Source of the DNA: Fonticula alba ATCC 38817
Lineage: Eukaryota; Protista; Nucleariida
NCBI GenBank assembly: GCA_000388065.2
Contig: KB932204.1
Direction: 5' to 3' (one strand)
Length of the DNA: 9,254 bases
Shown here: in pieces, positions 1 to 7,326 of the stretch
Numbering within the stretch: the first letter of the stretch is position 1
Layout of the letters: the number at the start of each line of letters is the position of its first letter
Made by a program: the position numbers and the translations under genes
The notes under the pieces: generated by a model
The model's database searches: none
Seen by the model: the letters and a program-made list of their open reading frames with translations, nothing else
Told to the model about the DNA's origin: nothing

Positions 1-64
1 AGAGAGAGAGAGCGAGAGAGAGAGAGAGAGCGAGAGAGAGAGAGCGAGAGAGAGAGCGAGAGAG
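1..64 (+). repeat. Compound (GA)n microsatellite with GAGC interruptions, truncated at the window start
   Basis: Direct reading; corresponds to the 3' part of the tract at 7181-7326. Confidence 0.95.
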
Positions 65-517
65 GGAAAGAGAAAAAGAGAAAAAGGTCTCATCCCGCGC
101 GCGTCCATGCAGCTGCCGCGTTCCGGAAACACCCCCGGCCGGTTCCGGGCGTGAGGCCCCAGCAGAGACCTGGCCTATCCGTTGGCAGTCGCCACTCTGG
201 TGCCCGATCGCACGTCCGATCTCGCAGCAGCGGAACCCCCGGGACCGAGCACAAACGCAATGGGGGCGTTCTGATCCTGCCCCCCCCCCCCCCCCCCCTC
301 TCCTGGCGGGCCCAGGGCCGGTCGCCTGCCAGGCTCGTGGCACGGCGGCCGATCTGTCCCAAGATCGACGCATACAGAGGGCGGAGGGCAAAAAAAAAAA
401 CAAAAAAACAAATCCCCCCGCCCCCGTCGCCTGGCTGTTGGCCTGCATCAACCCCCTTCACCCGCTCGCCGCCACCTCCCCCGCACCTCTCCCCCCGCCC
501 CTTCCCGCCCTGACATC

Positions 518-1830
518 ATGGCCACCACCAGCCCCTTCCCGGCGACCGAGCCGGAACTTGTCAAACTCCCGCTCCTCGCCATCGAAAAGCGCTTCATCAA
601 TGACTGCATCCGAGGTTCGGCCCCTGCTCGCGTGTCACGCTCCCTCGTCTTCGCGCTCCCCCTTGCCCCCCGCCGCACGATGCCACACTTGTTAACCTGC
701 CTCCTCCTCGCCACCCACCGCCAGCCATCTGCCACAGCATCTTCCTTGCCCGGCACTTGGACCAGGTTCGCCCGAAGGACTTCCACGCAACGGACCCCGA
801 TGCCGCAGGACTCGACGTTGTGTGGGTGCGACCGCCCCCCCTCCCCCTACCCCCGCCCCCTCTTCTGCTGCCTTCGGTCTTCTTACCCTGCCCCATGCTC
901 CCCTCCGGCACCAGGCCGGTCCCGACATCTTCGGCTCGTCCGAGGGCCCCGCTGCCGACTCCTCGAGCAAGTCCATCCAGCACTTCTTCAACACCCTCAG
1001 CGAATCCTTCATCAAGGAAATCCCCCAACGCTTGTCTCAGGTCCAGGTGACCTCACAGCCGCAGCCCACCTCCTCGGACGACATCTATATCGACATTTAC
1101 GATGTGACCAGCGTCCCGGCCGATGCTCTGGGACAATCGCCCGATCGCGCTGCCGGGCCACCCCCCGGACGCCACCTCGAGCGGTGGGTTCTCCCCATTC
1201 AACTTTTGACCGACTCCAGCCGCGGCCCGGTGGAGCTCTTCAACATCGAAGCCCCGCGCCCCGGTGGAGGTGCTCTTCCCCCGCCCGACAACTCGCCCGG
1301 GGCGGTGGATGGTGCGCCCTCTCGACGGCTCCCTCCTCGTCCCCCTTGCTCCTGTTCCCCCCCCCCCCCCCACACACACACACCTTGGCTTGCATCTTTG
1401 CGGCCCCCTGACACCCGATGGCCCCCTCCCCCTGTACCACCACCGATCCCCCCCCCCCCTTCGTAGCTCGCTTGAAGCTTGAGAACATCCTCGCTCGGAT
1501 CGGCGCACACACCTTGGCCACGTCCAACTGGTGGGCTGACACCGGATCCGTGCGCGTGGCCTTGGTGGTATGAAGTCTCTCACCCTCCTGCCCCCTCAAG
1601 CACACGCACATACACACGCACATACACACGCACACACACACACACACACACACCTTTTCTCCCTCTCTCTCTCCCAACCCGGCTCTCAGCTCGTTTCGCC
1701 CCGACACCTGACCCCTCGCCCCCCTCCCCCGCCTGTCATCCTTCTGGCCTTGGTCAAATAGGTGGCCTTTAAGCCCAAAGATCGCCTCAATTTGTTCCGC
1801 TTCCCCCTTCCACTCCCCTTCATGCGGTGA
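518..1830 (+). CDS. ATG101: Autophagy-related protein 101-like (HORMA domain), 254 aa; join(518..614,725..825,915..1311,1467..1567,1762..1830)
   Basis: Four GT-AG introns (615-724, 826-914, 1312-1466, 1568-1761) give a continuous 765-nt frame ending in TGA. The spliced N-terminus 'INDCIRAICHSIFLARHLDQVRPKD' resembles the Atg101 motif (plant-like 'LRCILHTIFFHRALGLVRPKD'), and 'IYIDIYDV...HLERWVLPIQL' matches the 'LxFY...WExWxI' strands. Family call is from recalled motifs; no search was run. Confidence 0.72.
1601..1651 (+). repeat. (CA)n-rich microsatellite with CACACGCACATA units, in Atg101 intron 4
   Basis: Direct reading; second copy at 8863-8913. Confidence 0.9.
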
Positions 1831-1864
1831 AGAGAAAAAGAAGAGAACAGGTCAGAGAAGCACA

Positions 1865-1870
1865 TTTATT
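1865..1870 (-). terminator. Putative polyadenylation signal AATAAA for RNase H1
   Basis: TTTATT on the + strand, about 145 nt downstream of the RNase H1 stop codon. Confidence 0.5.
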
Positions 1871-1895
1871 CTTGCCCCTCTGGGACATCGGCCAC

Positions 1896-1901
1896 AATAA
1901 A
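1896..1901 (+). terminator. Putative polyadenylation signal AATAAA for the Atg101-like gene
   Basis: AATAAA 65 nt after the TGA, in otherwise GC-rich DNA. Confidence 0.55.
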
Positions 1902-1982
1902 GTACACACACATGTCTCGCCAACGGAGCGACAACCACCCTCGCGGGTTGTTGAAAAGCCCATCTCCTGGGAGACGCCCATC

Positions 1983-2006
1983 GAGAGAGAGAGAGAGAGA
2001 GAGAGA
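1983..2006 (+). repeat. (GA)12 microsatellite between the convergent Atg101 and RNase H1 genes
   Basis: Direct reading; the window end (9254) falls inside the second copy of this tract. Confidence 0.95.
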
Positions 2007-2015
2007 GGCAGCAAC

Positions 2016-3499
2016 CTACTTGGGGGGCAGGCTGCGTGAGCGATTGTATTGGTCGCTGCCTTGGTTTGCCAGCTGGTCGGCCATTTCGTTGCCCGGGATG
2101 CCGGAATGGGATTTGACATGCCGGAAAACCACCGCATCCCGCTCGACCGCATTGCGCTGATCGCACAGCTTCGAGATGTCCATGATGAGATCCTGATGAG
2201 AGACCGGCTGGCCGCCGGAAGTCTTAAAGCCATTGGTCTTCCATTTTGGCAGCCACTCATTGACGCCTGGACGAAGGGTCAATGCACGCGTCGAACGGGC
2301 GAAAGAGCCACGCACAAATGGCCCCCCATGGGCCACGTACTCTTGATGGCGTAGATGCTGTCGGAGTGGATGACAATATTCCGGTCCCCGGGAGCTGTCT
2401 CAAGAGCCCGCTTGATGGCCTGCAGTGGGATGGATGGTTGGCAAATCGAACAGCACCAAGGGGAGAGGCCGAAGGGGATGAAGGGAGGGCAACAGGGAAG
2501 GGGGAAAAGCGAAAGGAGGTACCTTCAATTCGGCGCGCGAGTTGGTGGCCGGCTCGGTCGGGGACAGGGGCTCCGCAAGGTTGCTGCTCCCATGTGCACG
2601 CACATGTTAGTGGGGGGGGGGGGAGCAGGCAAAGAGAAGGGATCAGAGGCCAGGGCCGCGAGAGGAAGGCCCTGCAGTCCCGGCGCAAAGGCCATCGATG
2701 GGCATACCGAGGATCGTGCGGGCCAAAGTAAACCCCCAGACCAGACCCATTCGGTCGCGAACTGCCATCCGTATAGATGTCGATGGATTGCCGAGTCGAT
2801 GCCGGGGCAGGGGGCGATCGGGCGGATGACCCGCTGGAGGAGCTCGACGATCTCGAAGTGGAGAGGGGGGAGGAATAGAAAGAGGAGGAGGAGGAGGAAG
2901 AGGAAGAAGAAGAAGAAGAAGAGGACCCACGCGTGGAGGAGGAGAAGCTCCTCCCGGAGGCACGATAGCCAGACGAATAGCTTGTCGGGTCGCGCGTGCT
3001 GTGCGAGGCCGCCGGCCTCGAGGAGGAATTACTGCCGGAACTTATGTAGCGCTGGGCCTCCTCGCGAGTGCGGAAGGACTTGAACTCGGCCCCGGAAAAG
3101 CCGCTCACCGAGGAGCTACACTCATCCCTGTGCCGATCGCCACGGAAAGTGCGCGGTTAGTTCGATTCCAATGACCCAGCCCGACGGGGGGGGGGGGGGG
3201 GGGGGGGGGGGTAGCAGGAAGCCATTGACGGACCAGGAAGAGTGGATGCCGGTCGAGCGGCCTGAGCGCACGGCGTAAAATTTGGCCTTCCCAGCCGAGG
3301 AACGGGGAGGCATGGCTGCTAAATCGGCGACCTGAGAGGTGACAGCAGGACCCGCGGCAGGGGGACAAGGGCGCGGAGCAGTGGAGGCGGGCTCTTTGGG
3401 GGCGAGGGAGAAGCTGAGCGACCGGTTCCAGGGCCGAACAATCAGGCGACCAATGAGTGAGTTCAGGGGGAGTGGAAGAAGAAAGCGACTCTGCGCCAT
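2016..3499 (-). CDS. RNASEH1: Ribonuclease H1 (N-terminal hybrid-binding domain, Ser-rich linker, RNase H domain); complement(join(2016..2266,2341..2419,2523..2583,2708..3127,3234..3313 or 3499)); 296 aa from ATG 3313, 358 aa from ATG 3499
   Basis: Introns 3233-3128, 2707-2584, 2522-2420 and 2340-2267 are all GT-AG and frame-consistent. HBD: 'KFYAVRSGRSTGIHSSWDEC...VSGFSGAEFKSF'. Catalytic motifs: YTDGS, TNSRAEL, IHSDSIY, WKTNGFKT, HVKSHSG, GNEMADQLA. Confidence 0.95.
2878..2933 (-). repeat. TCC/TCT trinucleotide tract encoding poly-Ser in the RNase H1 linker
   Basis: (GAG)n/(GAA)n on the + strand; translates as SSSSSSSSSSSSSSSFYSS in exon 2. Confidence 0.85.
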
Positions 3500-3994
3500 G
3501 TGAGACGGCGGAGGGCAGGCAGGAGGGGGGCGGGCGGGGGAGGGAAAAGGGGGCGAGGGATCTCGCGCGGCTGAAACAGAAGATGAATGCCGCTCGCGGA
3601 GTGGGGGATGGCGGTGAAACGGGGCGAACGTCCGGAGAAGAAATGTTGCCTACAGATTAGGATCGGCCTGGCCCGTTCCCGCCCCCGCCCTCGCCCCCCG
3701 GTCCCGCCCGGCTCGGCTCTCGTTGCCACGATCCTCCCCCCCCCCCCTCCCCCCCCCCCGCGGCCCTGGGGGCCGATCTGTCCGGACACTGTGATATCCC
3801 CACGGAGGTGTCACGTGCACACCGTGGAAACACCATTTCACCCCAGGCCCGAGGAATAAGGCGCTGCTCGGTGCCGGCGCAGAGCGGCCCCGGGGGCGCG
3901 GAGCCCCAGAGAGTAAAGGTGTGCTGTCCACCTCGCCCTCTTTCCTCCCTCCCCCCCTCCCCCGCTCCCCCTCGCCCACCTTTTTTTCCCTGAG
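3500..3994. promoter_or_regulatory. Probable bidirectional promoter between divergent RNase H1 and J-domain genes (495 bp)
   Basis: Head-to-head start codons at 3499 (-) and 3995 (+). Contains inverted GGCCGATC motifs, C-runs and a CACGTG dyad. Confidence 0.55.
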
Positions 3995-4927
3995 ATGTTC
4001 CCCTTCCACGCTTCGCCTCTCGCCACCGGCCGCCGTGGCTACGCCACCGCCGCCGGTGCCGCCGCCGGCGCCAAGGACTTCGCCCAGGAGGAGCTCTTCG
4101 CCCGGACCCTGCTCGGCAACACCCACATGTCCCACTACCAGGTTCTCGGCCTGCCGGAGCCGGTGTTCGACCTGAGCCTCAGCTCGGCCGAGGCCGTGGC
4201 CTCCGCCAACAAGGCCTCCAGCCGTGAGATCCGCCACGCCTACTACAAGCTGTCCATGCGCTTCCACCCGGATCGCCTGCCGGCCGCGGCCTCCGCCGCC
4301 TGGGGCAAGCCCGCGTACACCCGCATCACCGACTCCTACGCCACCCTGGCCAACCCGGACACCCGCGCCGCCTACGACCAGTCCATCTTCCGCGAGGCCT
4401 CCACCCGCGCCGCGGCCCTGACCTCCTCCCGTGGCCGTCAGTACCAGTTCCACACCTCCTCCGGTGTTAACCCCTCCTTCGCGGCCAACACCAACGCCTC
4501 GGCCTTCTCGGACTTCACCCGCCAGAGCTACCGCCCCTTCGACAACTACAACGCCTTCCACCAGGCCTACAAGCACCACCATGGTGCCGCCTTCGGTCGC
4601 TACTCCGCCGACAGCACCTCCCACCAGGGTGACAACCGCTTCGACATCGGCAACGGCACTGCCGCCCGCATGGCCGACCGCGCCGCCGAGTATGCCCGCC
4701 ACGCTGCCCGCACCACCGGCAGCGCCGCCCGCTTCATGGACCCGGAGCTGGCCGCCAAGATCGCCAAGAAGCAGGCCCTCCCTCGCCGCTTCCTCCTCCC
4801 CTCCCTGACCGTCATGGCTACTCTTGGCGTTGTCGGCCTTGCGGCCATCTACGCCCTCAACGACCGGCCCAGCTCCCTGGAGCTGGACAACCGCCGTTTC
4901 CAGAAGACCCGTCGTGCCTTCGACTAA
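3995..4927 (+). CDS. Class C J-domain (DnaJ-like) protein, 310 aa, with probable mitochondrial presequence and a C-terminal transmembrane helix
   Basis: Single ORF with strong C-ending codon bias. J-domain: 'HYQVLGL...EIRHAYYKLSMRFHPDR...RAAYD' (HPD at 4265-4273). N-terminal 'GRRGYA' resembles an R-2/R-3 cleavage motif. Hydrophobic segment 'FLLPSLTVMATLGVVGLAAIYAL'. Confidence 0.9.
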   Translation: MFPFHASPLATGRRGYATAAGAAAGAKDFAQEELFARTLLGNTHMSHYQVLGLPEPVFDLSLSSAEAVASANKASSREIRHAYYKLSMRFHPDRLPAAASAAWGKPAYTRITDSYATLANPDTRAAYDQSIFREASTRAAALTSSRGRQYQFHTSSGVNPSFAANTNASAFSDFTRQSYRPFDNYNAFHQAYKHHHGAAFGRYSADSTSHQGDNRFDIGNGTAARMADRAAEYARHAARTTGSAARFMDPELAAKIAKKQALPRRFLLPSLTVMATLGVVGLAAIYALNDRPSSLELDNRRFQKTRRAFD

Positions 4928-5932
4928 GTACCTCTAGCGCACGCATGTACCCTGTACACGCATGCATATGTACCACGAGGGGGGCGGGGGAGCAGGAGCG
5001 CGCGGCCGACAGCGGCCATCGACCGGCCACGGGACGACGGGCGGGGCCCACTCCTCCGTCATGGCAGTAGACAATCCGACAAGCCAGTGTGACGGCCAGG
5101 ATGCGCTGTCCCTGTTGTCCGGGACGGAACATGGCTTCGCCAATCGGCGGCCCTGTGTTTGCCGAGCCCGCGCTCCTCGCTGTCCCCTGCCCCCCTCCCC
5201 CCTCTCTCCCGCTCGCTCTGTCTGTCCCCTTCCTCCTCGCCTCCCCCCATGTATTCGCCATTTTGGAGGGAGTCCAAAAGGTGTCTTCTCATGGCCTCAC
5301 TCACATATATATATATCTACACACACACACACATCCCTATATATGTATCCGTCCAGCTGGGCTCGGCCAATGGTAAAGGGTTAGCAAGGCCGGCGCTCGT
5401 CCGCCTTTTTTCCCATCCACCTCGGTGGGCCTCATGCATGTCTCGGCGCTTTTCACCCCCCTCCCCCCTCCTAAATACACACATATCATACAAGGCCCGT
5501 GGCGGCAATGCGGGCCAAGCTGCGGCAGGGGGAGGCAGACACAGTAAACGATTGTGTGTGTAGAGGCTCTTGGTGCGAGCCCCGCAGTACGAGACGAGGG
5601 CTCCCATGTCCTTGGATGTCAGCCTGCACCTGCGCGATCCTCCTGCAGGCCAAAAGGAGGCCCAGGGAGAGCCCAGGCAAGGAGCAGCCGCTCGGTGAAG
5701 AACTGGCCCCTCAGCCCCATCTCACCCCTTGCCCTCCCATCCCCAGCGATATAGACACAAGGAAACACCCCCATCTTGTGGGGAGGGGGGGGGGGGGCGG
5801 GAAGCGCTATCCAGGGGACCCCTCCATTCGGCGTGTACGTGCGTGCGCGGGTGCTACGCGAGCGGCGGAGGGGGGATCGGACTGGACCAACAAAGGGTGC
5901 CCCCTCAAACAGGAATGGCCAAAAAAAAACAC

Positions 5933-5942
5933 NNNNNNNNNN
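5933..5942. other. Assembly/scaffold gap (10 N) between an A-run and a C18 run
   Basis: Ns in the sequence; true gap length unknown. Confidence 0.99.
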
Positions 5943-5996
5943 CCCCCCCCCCCCCCCCCCTCACCCCTTTCCTTTGCCCCCATCCCGAGCCCTGTC

Positions 5997-6924
5997 ATGT
6001 CTGTCGCCAACGTCCTCCGGCCCACCTTTAACCTGGCTCTTCGGCCGCGGCTCTTCGCCACCGGCACTTTCGCCGCCTACCGCGTGTCCTTCGGCTTCAA
6101 TCAAACGGGCGGAGTCCGGTCCGCGCAGCTGCCCGAGAGGCTCCTCATTCAGGATGTCTCCTTCTCGGTGCAGCCCGGCTCGGCGGTCCTCCTCCATGGC
6201 CCCAACGGCTCGGGCAAGACCACGCTCATGCGGCTGGCCGCCGGTGAGTTGATCCCCACGTCCGGGATATTCACCTGGCGCGGGCAGCCATTCACCCATG
6301 CGGCGGACCTCAGCAAGTGGGCGCACCAGCACATGGTCGAGATGCCGGCCCTCAATGACGGCATGAGCAACCTGCTCACCGTGCGCATCATGATGCGGAT
6401 TTTCTCCCTCCGCCGTGGCTTTGGCGGCAAGGAGATTGATGAGGCTCTCCACATGTTCAAGATCTACCATCTCCGGTGTGTCCCGCCGCCGTCGCCCTCC
6501 TCGAGCCTGGCCCTCCCCCCTTCGCCTTCCCCCCTGGCATGGTGCACATGATCCTAACCTTGGTCTCCCCCCCCTCTCCCCCTCTCCTCCCTCCGACTCA
6601 GCAATCGGAGAATCGGCACCCTCTCCACTGGGCAGCGACGCCTGGTGGCATTCGCCAACATGTGGGCCTCCCAGCGACTCATTTGGCTGTTGGACGAGCC
6701 GAACATTGCCCTTGATCTCCGGTGCGTGCCGACCCCTCCACCGACGCCAGCTTGTGGCCATGCCTTCCCGAATGGGCTTACTGACCGGCCGCACACACAC
6801 CTCCAGCTCGCAGGCCGGCATCGAGGAGGCCATTCGCATGCACCGCGATCGTGGCGGCATCGTCATCGTTGCCTCCCACGCAAACATTGTCCTCGAAGAC
6901 GCCGTGTCCATCCGTATTCGCTGA
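5997..6924 (+). CDS. ccmA: Heme exporter ABC ATPase CcmA-like (cytochrome c maturation System I), 238 aa, nuclear-type with introns; join(5997..6475,6602..6721,6807..6924)
   Basis: GT-AG introns 6476-6601 (branch CTAAC) and 6722-6806 (branch CTGAC) give a 717-nt frame. Walker A GPNGSGKTT, signature LSTGQRR, Walker B IWLLDEP and C-terminal 'HRDRGGIVIVASH' are typical of CcmA. No transmembrane domain. The Arg-rich, acid-free N-terminus looks like a presequence. Confidence 0.85.
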
Positions 6925-7180
6925 TGCGGATCCTGGCTCGGCTGCCGCCGACCCCGACCCCCTCCCGTCAGCCCTTCTCCCAGCCGGGCGCACAATCCCC
7001 CCTCCCCTAGCCCTCTTCCCATTGTTTTCCTCCCCCTCTCCCCCCTTTAGACCGCGCCCCCGGAGGAGAAGGGAGCCCAGTGGTGGGGCTGCGCGCGCCC
7101 TGCTCGAAAGTAACATGCAAAATACACCCCACCCCTTCGAATGCCCCACCCGCGCCCCCACGTACCAGAGCCGGAGAGCT

Positions 7181-7211
7181 AGAGAGAGAGAGAGAGAGAG
7201 AGAGCGAGAGG

Positions 7212-7243
<32 letters not shown>

Positions 7244-7249
7244 GAGAGC

Positions 7250-7287
<38 letters not shown>

Positions 7288-7326
7288 GAGAGCGAGAGAG
7301 AGAGAGCGAGAGAGAGAGCGAGAGAG
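7181..7326 (+). repeat. Compound (GA)n microsatellite, about 146 bp, with GAGC interruptions, followed by a purine-only run
   Basis: Direct reading; contains the start of the duplicated segment at 7263. Confidence 0.95.

Larger units (their letters stand above)
1..1992. repeat. Direct repeat copy 1 (1992 bp), identical by eye to 7263-9254
   Basis: Sequence alignment by eye at offset 7262. Every ORF in the track for this region recurs with the same translation at +7262 (e.g. 518..1411 and 7780..8673). Confidence 0.97.

Noticed and set aside
518-1411. 297-aa unspliced ORF as the gene product
   Set aside because: Only the first 32 codons are real; the Atg101-like motif appears only after splicing into other frames.
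1601-1651. Short-unit repeats as a CRISPR array or telomere
   Set aside because: Simple CA microsatellite inside an intron, with no spacers or telomeric unit.
2016-3313. RNase H as a sign of a retroelement or virus
   Set aside because: It has the cellular RNase H1 hybrid-binding domain and four introns; no reverse transcriptase, integrase, gag or LTR is present.
3919-3994. Possible 5' UTR intron of the J-protein gene (AAAG|GTGTGC ... pyrimidine tract ... GAG|ATG)
   Set aside because: The donor fits the local consensus, but the acceptor would be GAG rather than YAG and there is no clear branch point; unsupported without RNA-seq.
3650-4702. 350-aa ORF on the - strand
   Set aside because: Antisense shadow of the J-protein gene, caused by C-ending codon bias; Gly/Val-rich with no domain motifs.
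4928-5932. Hidden gene or ncRNA in the 1-kb intergenic region
   Set aside because: No ORF with the local codon bias, and no tRNA, snRNA or snoRNA motifs recognisable by eye; a covariance-model search would be needed to exclude them.
5499-5996. N-terminal part of the 350-aa ORF upstream of CcmA
   Set aside because: Crosses the N gap and homopolymers and is low-complexity; ATG 5997 gives a sensible presequence start.
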